Shown: positions 1 to 9,423 of the stretch, one piece after another
Numbering within the stretch: the stretch's first letter is position 1
Layout of the letters: each line of letters starts with the position of its first letter
Source: Acidimicrobiales bacterium
Lineage (GTDB): Bacteria > Actinomycetota > Acidimicrobiia > Acidimicrobiales > Aldehydirespiratoraceae
Assembly: GCA_965116665.1 (NCBI GenBank)
Contig: OZ220709.1
Location: 1,340,669 to 1,404,668, forward strand
Length of the DNA stretch: 64,000 bases
Direction of reading: 5' to 3'
Notes under the pieces: generated by a model
The model's input: the letters and a program-made list of their open reading frames with translations, nothing else
Told to the model about the DNA's origin: nothing
The model's database searches: none
Program-made: the position numbers and the translations under genes

Positions 1-3000
1 TACGCCCGCCCTCACCGTAGAGTGCGGCGGCCAGGGCCTGCACATCCTCGGGGGTCAAGCGGCGCAGCTCCTCGGCGCGGCGCCCCTGCGTGGTCACGTT
101 CTCGTCACCGAAATGGGGCACCGACAGCAGCGCGCTGAGCAGATCGGAGTTCTGCGACCTGGCGTAGTCGGTCGTCCTGATGGCGACGGCCTGCTCGAAC
201 TCCGCGGGTGTGAGCCCGTTGGCGGCCACGTCGGCGAGGATGTCCTGCATCGTCTTGTAGATCTCGTCGAAACGGGCGGGATCGAGCGTGGCGTACACCG
301 CCGATTCGAAGTAGTGGCGGGGGGCGCCGTAGCCTTCGACCGACCCACCTGCGATGTAGGAGGCCCCTAGCTCCTCGCGGATCACCAGGAACAGGCGCTC
401 GGCCAACGCGACCCCGAGCACATCGGCCGCGACCGCCGTCAGCGGGGTCACCTCCAGGTCGGCCTCGTGGTAGATCTGCAGCACCGCGCTCTCGCCCTCA
501 CCGACCGTCACCTGCCGCTGCACCAGCCCGGCGGGCATGGGTCGCTGGCGGTTGACGTAGGTGTCGGCCTCGCCGGGGGGAAGCGTGCCGATGTAGTGGC
601 GGGCCAGGCGCTCGATCTCCGTCGCCTCGATGTCGCCGACTACGGCCACCAGCAGGTCGTCGACCGAGCCGAGACGGCTCCTGTACATGTCCAGCAGCCG
701 CTCCGGGGTGAGAGAGTCGATCTCCTCACGATTGGCGATGACCCGGTGCCAGGTGTTGCCGTAGCGAGCCTCGAGGTATTCGATGACGGCCTGCCAGCCG
801 GGGTTGCGGCCTGCCCGCTCCAGCCTGGTCTCGGCTGTGTTGAGGGCGTCCTCGTAGGCCTGGTCGTCGATCCTGGGTGCGGTCACCAGCAGGTGGAGGA
901 GCTGGAACATGGTCTCGACGTCGTCGACGCCGGAACCCCCGACGAAGCCCTCGATCGTCTCGCCTATGAAGGGAACCAGCGACACGGTCCGGCTCTCTAG
1001 GAAGCGGTTCAGCTCCGACCGCGACAGGTCGCCCAGGCCGCTGCCCCTCACCGCGTCGATGGCGATTGCCGACAGGGCCCGGTCGCCTGGCTCCAACACC
1101 GACCAGCCCCCGAGGGCCTGGGCCTGCAGGTTGACGACGCCCTCGGCGATGCTGGAGGGCGCGAACATGACGCGGGCCCCGTTGGCGAACTCCCACTCGT
1201 ACCCGCCTTCGAAGATGTCGAAGGATCCCTCCGAGACCGAGTCGGCGGGCTCGGGGAGGGCCATCAACTGCTCTACGGCGGTCTCCTCGGGCGGGGGCGG
1301 TCCGGGTGCGGCCGCAGCCAGGGCCTCGTCGAGTTCGGACACCGTCGGCACGCTGGACGGGTCGGGGCCGACCGCAATCGCCAGCAAGCCTCCCCGTTCC
1401 ATCTGCCGCCGGTAGTGCTCGGTCAACTCCTCGGGCGTGATCTCCTGCAACAGCGTCGCGGTCCGTGTCACCGAGTTCGCGACGGAGTCGATGTCGGCTC
1501 CGTAGTAGAAGTGGTTCTGGTAGAGACCGGCCCACTGCCCGTCCTGGGTGGTCGCTGCGCTGTCCAGCCGGAACTGGAGGGAGGCCACGATCTGCTGGAC
1601 GGCCCGGCTCAGGTCGCCGGCGGTGAAGCCGTGCTCCTGCGCGGTCAGCAGCACTGTGAGGTAGTCGCTGGAGGCGGTGTCGAGGTTGTCGCCCTGCCAG
1701 TTCGTGCCGTAGTAGCGAAGTCCGCGGGCGTAGGTGAACGTGATGAACTTCGGCGGATCGACCTGGCTCAACTCGCCGCGGTGGTAGGCGTCGCTGACAC
1801 GATTGTCGAGCATCACCTCGATGAGGGCCTCCATCGTCGCGAGCCGGTCGCCGCCGGCGGTGCTGAGGTCGTGGGGGTCGATGGGTATGTCCAGCGAGAT
1901 GAAGCTGATGCCGAACCGCGGATCGGTGATCACATGGCTCGAGGACTCGGCTGGCGGTATGTACACGCTGGGCGGCTGGCGCGGCTCGCCCGGCGGCAGT
2001 GGCCCGAAGTGCTGCTCCACCAAGGCCTGGATGTCCGCGACACCCATGTCGCCCACCGCGACCACCGCCATGTTGGCGGGCACGTACCACTTCTCGTAGA
2101 AGGATCGCAGGTCCTCGGCCGTCATCGAGTTCACGCTGTCGAGGGTGCCCACCGGGTCGCGGCCCTCATACGGGGTGCCCCGGGTGTAGACGTCGTCGAA
2201 TCCGGCGTTGATGACGCCGTTGACGCTCTCGCGCCTGAAACGCATCTCATCGAGGACCACGCCCCGCTCCGAGTCGACGGCTTCCTCGGTGAAGGTGGCC
2301 GCGCTGGCCATCTGCGACAGGGCGTGGAACACCAGAGGCGCCTTGTGGGGCTCGTCGAGACGCACTTCGACTTCGTAGAGGGTCTGGTCGTGGCCCACCT
2401 GGGCGTTGACGTCGGGTCCGAGCTCCACGCCGATCTCCCGCAGCGCCTCTCCCAGGGAGTTGCCGGGGTAGTCGGTCGTTCCGTTGAAGAGCATGTGCTC
2501 GATGAAGTGCCCGATGCCGACCTGATCGTCGGTCTCGTCGACCGCCCCGACGTTGATGAGCAGGCGCACGGCGAGGTTCTTGCCCGGCTTGTCGTTGTGG
2601 CGCAGGTAGTAGGTAAGGCCGTTGTCGAGGGTGCCGATCACAACCTCCGGGTCGACCGGCAGCGGCGTCGGATCCTGGGCCGGGACGTATGGGGCCAGGT
2701 CCACAATGGCCAGCGCCCTGGCCAGGAACGTGGCCATATGGGCCCGGGTCACGAGCTGGTCCGGGCAGTAGCGGACCGGGCTGCTCCCGCATCCCCCAGC
2801 GATCCTGGCCCCGGTGAGCCGGTCGATGTCGTCCGCGTAGGGGTGGCCCGCAGGCACGTCGGCGAACGCGGCGGTCCCGGCCCGGGGCAGGTCGAGGAGG
2901 CGCACCAGGAACTCCGCCATCTGGCCGCGGTCCATGGGCTCCTCGGGGCACAGCTGGCCGGTCCCGCACGTCAGGTCTATTCCCAGTTCGGCCAGCCGTT

Positions 3001-3343
3001 CCGCGTGGGGGGCCCACCAGGCGCTGGCGTCGACGTCGTCGTAGCGCGTCGACCCGACCGCGGGCGGGTTGGCGGCGTCGATGATCCTGACCAGCCAAAC
3101 CGCTATCTCCCAGCGCAGTACCGGCTCATCCGGGCACAACTCGTCGTTGTCGGCACAGCCGGTGCCCGCGAACAGATCCACTCCTGCGTTGAACCCGTAC
3201 CTGTCCAGCGCGTCGATGGAGACCTGATGCCTGCCGGCATCCTGTGGCGAAGCCTGGGCGGCCGCGCCGGGCGCATAGGCGAAGATCGAGGCGGCCACCG
3301 CGATGGCGGCTAGCGCGGCAACACGACAACGGGCCGGCTTCAT
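1..3343 (-). CDS. Secreted M16-family (pitrilysin/insulinase-like) zinc peptidase with N-terminal SLH-like repeats; C-terminus runs off the window start
   Basis: Absent from the ORF track because it is open to position 1. My translation of the minus strand from ATG 3343 (GGAGAG RBS upstream) gives a signal peptide MKPARCRVAALAAIAVAASIFAYAPGAAA. Three repeats ending ...FLVRLL/FLARAL follow, then the inverted zinc motif GHFIEHMLFNGT (HxxEH, ~2490-2515) and two long M16 lobes. The frame stays open to position 2. Confidence 0.8.
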   Translation of the reverse strand, partial: MKPARCRVAALAAIAVAASIFAYAPGAAAQASPQDAGRHQVSIDALDRYGFNAGVDLFAGTGCADNDELCPDEPVLRWEIAVWLVRIIDAANPPAVGSTRYDDVDASAWWAPHAERLAELGIDLTCGTGQLCPEEPMDRGQMAEFLVRLLDLPRAGTAAFADVPAGHPYADDIDRLTGARIAGGCGSSPVRYCPDQLVTRAHMATFLARALAIVDLAPYVPAQDPTPLPVDPEVVIGTLDNGLTYYLRHNDKPGKNLAVRLLINVGAVDETDDQVGIGHFIEHMLFNGTTDYPGNSLGEALREIGVELGPDVNAQVGHDQTLYEVEVRLDEPHKAPLVFHALSQMASAATFTEEAVDSERGVVLDEMRFRRESVNGVINAGFDDVYTRGTPYEGRDPVGTLDSVNSMTAEDLRSFYEKWYVPANMAVVAVGDMGVADIQALVEQHFGPLPPGEPRQPPSVYIPPAESSSHVITDPRFGISFISLDIPIDPHDLSTAGGDRLATMEALIEVMLDNRVSDAYHRGELSQVDPPKFITFTYARGLRYYGTNWQGDNLDTASSDYLTVLLTAQEHGFTAGDLSRAVQQIVASLQFRLDSAATTQDGQWAGLYQNHFYYGADIDSVANSVTRTATLLQEITPEELTEHYRRQMERGGLLAIAVGPDPSSVPTVSELDEALAAAAPGPPPPEETAVEQLMALPEPADSVSEGSFDIFEGGYEWEFANGARVMFAPSSIAEGVVNLQAQALGGWSVLEPGDRALSAIAIDAVRGSGLGDLSRSELNRFLESRTVSLVPFIGETIEGFVGGSGVDDVETMFQLLHLLVTAPRIDDQAYEDALNTAETRLERAGRNPGWQAVIEYLEARYGNTWHRVIANREEIDSLTPERLLDMYRSRLGSVDDLLVAVVGDIEATEIERLARHYIGTLPPGEADTYVNRQRPMPAGLVQRQVTVGEGESAVLQIYHEADLEVTPLTAVAADVLGVALAERLFLVIREELGASYIAGGSVEGYGAPRHYFESAVYATLDPARFDEIYKTMQDILADVAANGLTPAEFEQAVAIRTTDYARSQNSDLLSALLSVPHFGDENVTTQGRRAEELRRLTPEDVQALAAALYGEGGR

Positions 3344-3489
3344 GGGAGTCTCTCCTGGACTAGGGGTGGGAGAAGGTCGGTGTCCGGCCGGTGGCCGGGC
3401 AGTCGAGTGGGCAGCGTAACAATCCCCCCGGTCGAACGATTGCCGTTCTCAGTGTTGCTGCCCGTTTCTCGGGTGCCTGCACCGGAGAT

Positions 3490-4596
3490 TCAGACCGGAG
3501 GCTCGCTCTGAGCCGCTTCGAGCGGCGCGTACCGGGGCTTGATCACGCCCTCGATGATCTGGAGCCGTTCCCGGAACGGCAGGAAGCTCGACTTCATGGC
3601 GTTGACCGTCAGCCATCTCAGCCGGGCCCAGTCGTAGCCGAAGGTGTCCGCCAGAGCGGCCATCTCCGAGGTCATCGACACGTTCGACATCAACCGGTTG
3701 TCGGTGTTGACGGTCACCCGGAACCGCAGCTGCACCAGCGCGTCGATCGGGTGGTCGGCCACCGAGGCGAACACCCCGGTGTTGACGTTGGACGTGGGGC
3801 ACACCTCCAGCGGGATGCGGCGGTCCCTGATGTAATGGGCCAGCCGGCCCAGGGTGCGGTCCCCGTCGTCGCCGGTGACGATGTCCTCGACGATGCGTAT
3901 ACCGTGCCCGAGGCGCTCGGCGCCGCAGAACTGCAGGGCCTTCCAGATCGACCGGGGACCGTACGCCTCGCCCGCGTGGATGGTGATGTGGAAGTTCTCC
4001 CGCTGGCAGTACTGGAAGGCCTCCAGGTGGTCGTCGGGGGGGAAGCCGTCCTCGGGACCGGCGATGTCGAAGGCCACCACGCCGGAATCCCTCCAGCGGA
4101 CCGCAGCCTGCGCCACGTCGGCCGACCGGTGCAGGTGGCGCAGGGCGGTGCAGATGGTCCGGATGGTGAGGGGGGTGCCGTCGCTGCCCTGCGAGAAGCC
4201 TTCGAGGACTGCCTCGATGGCGTCGTCGAGGGTGAGTCCCCGTTCGGTGTGAAGTTCGGGGGCGAAGCGGACCTCGGCGTAGACGACCCCGTCGGCGGCC
4301 AGGTCCTCGGCGCACTCCCGGGCCACCCGAGCGATCGCATCCGCAGTCTGCATCACCCCCACGGTGTGGGCGAACGTCTCGAGGTACAGCGTCAGATCCT
4401 TGCGGTTGGCGCCGCGGCGCATCCAGGCGGCCAGCCGTTCGGGGTCGGTGGTGGGCAGGTCGCGGTACCCGGTCTCGGCGGCCAGCTCGACGATCGTGGA
4501 GGCTCGCAGCCCTCCGTCGAGGTGGTCGTGGAGGACGACCTTGGGGGCGCGCCGGATGCGTGCGAAGGTGGGCGGCCCCAGGTCGGCGGCATTCAA
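3490..4596 (-). CDS. add: Adenosine deaminase
   Basis: C-terminal 368 codons of ORF 3490..4959. Motifs: APKVVLHDHLDGG, ITIHAGE, CPTSNV, VNTDNRLMS. The start is placed at in-frame TTG 4596 (MNAADLGPPTFARIRRAPKV...), because the upstream part of the ORF overlaps the divergent helicase gene and is not protein-like. Confidence 0.85.
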   Translation of the reverse strand: MNAADLGPPTFARIRRAPKVVLHDHLDGGLRASTIVELAAETGYRDLPTTDPERLAAWMRRGANRKDLTLYLETFAHTVGVMQTADAIARVARECAEDLAADGVVYAEVRFAPELHTERGLTLDDAIEAVLEGFSQGSDGTPLTIRTICTALRHLHRSADVAQAAVRWRDSGVVAFDIAGPEDGFPPDDHLEAFQYCQRENFHITIHAGEAYGPRSIWKALQFCGAERLGHGIRIVEDIVTGDDGDRTLGRLAHYIRDRRIPLEVCPTSNVNTGVFASVADHPIDALVQLRFRVTVNTDNRLMSNVSMTSEMAALADTFGYDWARLRWLTVNAMKSSFLPFRERLQIIEGVIKPRYAPLEAAQSEPPV

Positions 4597-4633
4597 GGGA
4601 TTCGCGATACCGCAGGGTAGCCTTGTGGTCCTG

Positions 4634-5860
4634 ATGACCCTTTCTGACCAGCTTGTCGGCGTCGAGACCCTGCGTGAGGACGGCTTCGACCCCTCGACGG
4701 TCGGTGGGGCGACGTTCGCCGGCCTCGGGCTGTGCGACGAGATCGTGTTGGCGCTGGCTGCTCGGGGCATCACCGTGCCGTTCCCCATCCAGGTGCTCAC
4801 CATCCCCGACGCGCTGGCGGGCCATGACGTGTGCGGCAAGGCCAAGACCGGCTCGGGCAAGACGCTCGCCTTCGGCTTGCCCGTCCTGCAGCGCCTGCCC
4901 CGGGCGAAGCCCGCCGCGCCCGCCGGTCTGGTGCTGGCGCCCACACGCGAGCTGGCCAACCAGATCTGCGACGAGTTGGCTGCGCCGGCGGCCGCGGTGA
5001 AGCGCCGGGTGCTGGCGGCTTACGGCGGAGCCCCGATCGACAAGCAGATCAAGGCGCTGCGCCAGGGCGTGGACCTGGTGGTGGCCACTCCGGGCCGGAT
5101 GATCGACCTGATCGACCGCGACGCGGTCAGCGTCGGCTCGGTGCGTCAGGTGGTGGTGGACGAGGCCGACCGGATGGCCGACATGGGCTTCCTGCCCCAG
5201 GTCGAGTGGATCCTGCGCAACGTCGAGAGCGGTCACCAGACCCTGCTGTTCTCGGCCACCCTCGACGGAGCGGTCGACTCTCTGGTCAGGCGCTACCAGA
5301 GCGATCCGGTGATGCACGCCGTGGCGCCCCGCGAGATCACTGTGGCCGAGATGGTCCACCGGTTCGTGGGCGTCCACAAGCTCGACAAGGTGAAGGTGGC
5401 TGCGGCCATCGCCGGCTCGGTGGGTCGCACGCTGATGTTCACCCGCACCAGGGTGGCCGCCGACCGCCTGGCCCGCGACCTGCGGCGAGAGAACGTGAAG
5501 GCGGCACCCATTCACGGCGATCTGCGCCAGGTGGCCCGCGAGAAGTCTCTGCGCCAGTTCATCGCCGGGGACCTTCCCGTGCTGGTGGCGACCGATGTCG
5601 CCGCCCGTGGGATCCACGTCGACGATGTGGATGTCGTGGTGCAGTTCGATCCGCCCGCCGACCACAAGACCTACGTTCACCGTGCGGGCCGCACCGCCCG
5701 GGCGGGAGAGTCCGGCGTGGTGGTGACCCTGTCGTTGTGGGACGAGGAGCTGGACGTGAAGCGGCTCCAGAGGCGCCTCGAGCTCGACGAGCCGATCGTG
5801 GAGATGTTGTCCAACGACCCCCGCCTGAGCGACCTTCTCGGCTGGGAGCAGGCCGGCTGA
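4634..5860 (+). CDS. DEAD-box ATP-dependent RNA helicase
   Basis: ATG 4634 within ORF 4364..5860. Motifs: Q-motif FPIQ, AKTGSGKT, VVVDEADRM (DEAD), LFSATL (SAT), HRAGRTARAG. Confidence 0.9.
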   Translation: MTLSDQLVGVETLREDGFDPSTVGGATFAGLGLCDEIVLALAARGITVPFPIQVLTIPDALAGHDVCGKAKTGSGKTLAFGLPVLQRLPRAKPAAPAGLVLAPTRELANQICDELAAPAAAVKRRVLAAYGGAPIDKQIKALRQGVDLVVATPGRMIDLIDRDAVSVGSVRQVVVDEADRMADMGFLPQVEWILRNVESGHQTLLFSATLDGAVDSLVRRYQSDPVMHAVAPREITVAEMVHRFVGVHKLDKVKVAAAIAGSVGRTLMFTRTRVAADRLARDLRRENVKAAPIHGDLRQVAREKSLRQFIAGDLPVLVATDVAARGIHVDDVDVVVQFDPPADHKTYVHRAGRTARAGESGVVVTLSLWDEELDVKRLQRRLELDEPIVEMLSNDPRLSDLLGWEQAG

Positions 5861-5935
5861 GCCCCGCCGCCCGGAGCAGGTCGCGTCGCGTGAGCGCGAT
5901 CCGGTTCTAGACTGGTCGGCGACCTAGCGGTCAAG

Positions 5936-6022
5936 ACATCACGAGCGGTTCGGCCTCCGGGCCGGGCCCGGCAACCTGGGAACGGACACCCAAGGTGCCA
6001 GCCCGCCTCCGGGCGGGGATGT
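5936..6022 (+). promoter_or_regulatory. SAM riboswitch aptamer (SAM-I/SAM-IV clan) in the metX leader
   Basis: ACAUC-ACGAG...CCCGGCAACC-UGGG..CCCA-AGGUGCC-AGCCCGCC UCCG GGCGGG-GAUGU. Conserved AUCAnGAG, GGCAACC and GGUGC blocks are present. P1 (ACAUC/GAUGU), P3 and P4 hairpins can be drawn. It lies 129 nt upstream of the metX start. Confidence 0.6.
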
Positions 6023-6150
6023 GGCGTCGGCCCGGCCGGCGCAACCAAGTGTCCTTCGGGCACCCGACGTCACTGGCCTCCGAAGTGTCCGGTCCCCACC
6101 AGGGCCACCCTCGACGCGGGGCGGCCGGAGCGGATCACAAGGAGCGACGG

Positions 6151-7374
6151 TTGAGCGCAGGTTCTGGCATCGAGCCTCCGACTCCCGCGGCCGGGCGGGC
6201 CGGCCCCGGGGGGCGCTTCCCGGCCGGGCTGCCCGCCACCGGCGCCTGGCACGTCGGCGATCCCGCCGGGGACCGCCGGTTCGTGACCGTCACCGACACC
6301 CGTCCCTTCGCGCTGGAGTGGGGAGGGCGCCTTGGCGAGGTGCGGGTGGCCTACGAGACCTGGGGCGAGCTAGACCCGCGGGCCTCCAACGCCGTGCTCG
6401 TCTGCCACGCGCTCACCGGCGACTCCCATGCGGCCGGCGACAGCGGGCCGTCGCATCCCACCCCCGGCTGGTGGCACGAGCTGATCGGGCCGGGCAGGGC
6501 GATCGACACCGACCGGTACTTCGTGGTGTGCAGCAACGTGCTGGGCGGCTGCCAGGGCACCACCGGCCCGGCCGATCTCGATCCGGTCGAGGGGCGGCGT
6601 TACGGGCCGCGCTTTCCGGTGGTGACCATCCGCGACATGGTGCGCATCCAGGCCCGGCTGGCCGATCATCTCGGAGTGCGCCGCTGGCTGGCCGTGATCG
6701 GCGGCTCGATGGGCGGGATGCAGGTCCTGGAGTGGGCTGTCATGTACCCGCGGCGGGTGCGGTCGATCCTGCCCCTGGCCACCTGCGCCTCGGCCAGCGC
6801 GCTGCAGATCGCCTGGAGCGCGGTGGAGCGCCTGGCCATCGCCACCGATCCGGGATGGTACGACGGCGACTACTACGACAAGCCCGAGGGGCCCTGGATG
6901 GGCCTGGCCGTCGCCCGCCAGATCGCCCAGGTGACCTACCGCTCCGGGGAGTCCTTCGATCGCCGTTTCGGCCGGCAGCTGTACGACCCGGTCGGGGACT
7001 TCGACCTGTGGGGCCGCTTCCAGATGGAGTCCTACCTCGACCACCACGGCCAGAAGCTGGTCCGCCGCTTCGACGCCAACTCCTACGTGTTGCTCAACCG
7101 GTCGATGGACCTGCACGACATCGGGCGGGGCCGGGGAGGCACGGCCGCGGCCCTGGGCCGCATCCGGGTGCCGGTGCTGACCGCGTCGATCACCAGCGAC
7201 CGCCTCTACCCGCCCCACGAACAGCAGGAACTGCACGACGGGATCGTCGCGGGGGGCGGCGACTGCCGGAGGGTGATGCTGGAGAGCGACGAGGGCCATG
7301 ACGGGTTCCTGCTCGAGCACGAGCTGCTGCGGGATCCCGTCGCCGGCTTCCTCGAGGAGGTGTCCGGTGGCTGA
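6151..7374 (+). CDS. metX: Homoserine O-acetyltransferase
   Basis: In-frame TTG 6151 preceded by AAGGAG (6139-6144) within ORF 5995..7374. Motifs: VLVCHALTGDSHAAG, YFVVCSNVLGGCQGTTGP, nucleophile elbow IGGSMGGMQ, C-terminal GHDGFL. Confidence 0.9.
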   Translation: MSAGSGIEPPTPAAGRAGPGGRFPAGLPATGAWHVGDPAGDRRFVTVTDTRPFALEWGGRLGEVRVAYETWGELDPRASNAVLVCHALTGDSHAAGDSGPSHPTPGWWHELIGPGRAIDTDRYFVVCSNVLGGCQGTTGPADLDPVEGRRYGPRFPVVTIRDMVRIQARLADHLGVRRWLAVIGGSMGGMQVLEWAVMYPRRVRSILPLATCASASALQIAWSAVERLAIATDPGWYDGDYYDKPEGPWMGLAVARQIAQVTYRSGESFDRRFGRQLYDPVGDFDLWGRFQMESYLDHHGQKLVRRFDANSYVLLNRSMDLHDIGRGRGGTAAALGRIRVPVLTASITSDRLYPPHEQQELHDGIVAGGGDCRRVMLESDEGHDGFLLEHELLRDPVAGFLEEVSGG

Positions 7375-8581
7375 GAACGCCGGCGGCAACTCCTCTGGAC
7401 TGCACGTTCAGACCCGGGCGATCCGCGCCGGCCGGGACGACAACCAGAACGCGCTGGCCCCGATCCTGTGGGCCACCTCGACGTTCACGGCCGACACCGT
7501 GTCCGAGGCCCACGACATGGCGGTCGACACCCATTCGAGCCGGTTCTACACCCGCTACGGCAACCCGACCGTCAAGGCCTTCGAGGATGCCGTGGCCGAC
7601 CTGGAGGGCACCGAGTCGGCCCGGGCCTTCGCCTCGGGCATGGGAGCGCTCAGCGCCATCGTTCTCGGCCTGTGCTCCAGCGGCGACCACATTGTCGCCC
7701 AGCGCCAGCTCTACGCGGGCACGCAGCTGCTGCTGCAGACGGCGTGCCCCCGCTTCGGCATCGGGGTGACCTTCGTGGACGGCACCGAGCCCGGCGCCTT
7801 CGCGGAGGCCGTGAGGCCGGGCCGGACGGTGCTGGTGATCGCCGAGACGCCCGCAAACCCGAAGCTGGCGGTGGCCGACCTGGCCGAGGTGGGCGCCATC
7901 GCCGGTCCGATGACGGTGGTCGACTCGACGTTCGCCACACCGCTGGGGCAGCGGCCCGCCGACCATGGGGTGGATCTGGTGGTCCACTCGGCCACCAAGG
8001 CGATCGCGGGCCACAACGACGCCACCATCGGGGTGGTGGCCGGCAGCGAGGAGCTGCTGGCGTGGTTGTGGAACTACGCCGTGCTCCACGGGGCGGTGGC
8101 CTCGCCGTTCGACGCGCTCAACGCTCTGCGGGGCATCCGCACCCTGGCCGTGCGCCTCCGCCAGCAGACCGAGACCGCCACCGCGCTGGCCACCGCTCTG
8201 GAGGGCCATCCGATGGTCGAGGCGGTGCACTATCCGGGTCTGGCGTCGCACCCCCAGCACGAGCTGGCGGCCCGGCAGATGGACCTGGCCGGCGGTCTGG
8301 TCACCTTCGACCTGGCCGACGGCTACGAGGCCGGCCGGGCCTTCGTGGAGGAGGTCCGGGTTGTGCGGCTGGCCACGTCGCTGGGCGGTCCCGAGAGCAT
8401 CGTCACCCATCCGGCGTCGACTACCCATGTGAGCCTGCTGCCTGAGGAGTTGGAGGCGGTGTGCATCGGCCAGGGGACGGTGCGGTTCTCCGCCGGGCTC
8501 GAGCACACCGACGACGTGGTCGCGGACGTGATCGGGGCGCTCGACCGCGTCGATCGAATCGTCGGCGGCGCACCCCGGTAG
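7367..8581 (+). CDS. Cys/Met-metabolism PLP-dependent enzyme (cystathionine gamma-synthase / O-acylhomoserine sulfhydrylase-like)
   Basis: GTG 7367 overlaps the metX stop (GTGGCTGA), with GAGGAGG upstream. Motifs: YTRYGNPT, ASGMGA, PLP-lysine motif HSATKAIAGHND. Operon context with metX. Confidence 0.85.
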   Translation: MAENAGGNSSGLHVQTRAIRAGRDDNQNALAPILWATSTFTADTVSEAHDMAVDTHSSRFYTRYGNPTVKAFEDAVADLEGTESARAFASGMGALSAIVLGLCSSGDHIVAQRQLYAGTQLLLQTACPRFGIGVTFVDGTEPGAFAEAVRPGRTVLVIAETPANPKLAVADLAEVGAIAGPMTVVDSTFATPLGQRPADHGVDLVVHSATKAIAGHNDATIGVVAGSEELLAWLWNYAVLHGAVASPFDALNALRGIRTLAVRLRQQTETATALATALEGHPMVEAVHYPGLASHPQHELAARQMDLAGGLVTFDLADGYEAGRAFVEEVRVVRLATSLGGPESIVTHPASTTHVSLLPEELEAVCIGQGTVRFSAGLEHTDDVVADVIGALDRVDRIVGGAPR

Positions 8582-8592
8582 CGTCGGGATTC

Positions 8593-9423
8593 GTGCGTTT
8601 TGGCAGAGCCTGGTTCGCGGCGCCCCTGCTGGCGGCGGTGCTGCTCGTGGCGGTGGCCGGCCCGGTGCCGGCTGCCGGAGGGGGCGAGGCACCGCCGGCG
8701 GTGAGCGCCGAGGTGTCGGGTTCGGTGCTCGCGGTCAGCACGGCCCAGTCCGGCACCGGGATCGATCCGGATTCGGACACCGAGCCGCGCCTGGTCGGCC
8801 GCGAGAGCAGCGAGCGCGTCGATGCGGTGGTGATCGCGCTCTGGTCGATCGCGGCGGGCATGTCGGTGATGCTGGTGCTGTTCCTGTGGCACACCAGCCC
8901 GCGCCGGCGGCTGCGTCTTGCCCGCCGCCGCTCGACTGAGCTCTATGACGGCGAGACGGACGAGGCTGCAGCCGCTACCGGGGCGGATTCCGCTGACGAT
9001 GCGGATTCCGCTGACGATGCGGGTTCTGCTGACGATGCTGAGGTTGTTGATGATGCTGCGGCCGCGGCTGAGGCTGCCGAACAGGACGAGGAGGCCGTCG
9101 CGGTGGTGGCTTCCGGAGCGGACGAGGAGGCCGTCGCGGTGGTGGCTTCCGGAGCGGACGAGGAGGCCGTCGCGGTGGTGGCTTCCGGAGCGGACGAGGA
9201 GGCCGTCGCGGTGGTGGCTTCCGAACAGGACGAGGAGGCCGTCGCGGGGGTGGAGGAGCCGGAGTTGCCGCCGGTCTGGGAGGATGAAGCCGGGCCGGCC
9301 GGCGAGGGCGCTGAGCCTGCCGACCGCGGCTCCGGGAACGAGCCCCCAGCGGCCGGGACAACCACCAGAGAGGGCCGGCCGGGGTTCTGGCTGCAACTGC
9401 GGCGAACACTCGGTCTAGATTGA
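8593..9423 (+). CDS. Membrane protein with signal/TM segments and a highly acidic tandem-repeat C-terminal region
   Basis: GTG 8593 in frame with ORF 8461..9423. Signal-like VRFGRAWFAAPLLAAVLLVAVAG, a TM segment VVIALWSIAAGMSVMLVLFLW, then ADSADD x3 and DEEAVAVVASGA x4 repeats. Confidence 0.6.
   Translation: MRFGRAWFAAPLLAAVLLVAVAGPVPAAGGGEAPPAVSAEVSGSVLAVSTAQSGTGIDPDSDTEPRLVGRESSERVDAVVIALWSIAAGMSVMLVLFLWHTSPRRRLRLARRRSTELYDGETDEAAAATGADSADDADSADDAGSADDAEVVDDAAAAAEAAEQDEEAVAVVASGADEEAVAVVASGADEEAVAVVASGADEEAVAVVASEQDEEAVAGVEEPELPPVWEDEAGPAGEGAEPADRGSGNEPPAAGTTTREGRPGFWLQLRRTLGLD
8983..9250 (+). repeat. In-frame tandem repeats: 18-nt unit x~4 (8983-9054) and 36-nt unit x~4.5 (9085-9250)
   Basis: gcggattccgctgacgat is repeated at 8983, 9001 and 9019, with a degenerate copy at 9037. 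gacgaggaggccgtcgcggtggtggcttccggagcg is repeated head-to-tail at 9085, 9121, 9157 and 9193, plus a partial copy. Confidence 0.9.

Noticed and set aside
726-3313. Long track ORFs 726..2090 (-), 1415..3313 (+) and 2247..3098 (-).
   Set aside because: Their products are Arg/Gly/Pro/His-rich strings typical of off-frame or antisense shadows in high-GC DNA. A different minus-strand frame, open to the window edge and so missing from the track, encodes a coherent M16 peptidase with HxxEH across the whole interval.
3391-5910. ORFs 3449..5680 (-, 743 aa), 3391..4620 (+, 409 aa) and 4831..5910 (+, 359 aa).
   Set aside because: They are shadow frames over the adenosine deaminase and DEAD-box helicase genes. 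They have no motifs and a low-complexity R/G/P/A composition, whereas the accepted frames carry canonical family motifs.
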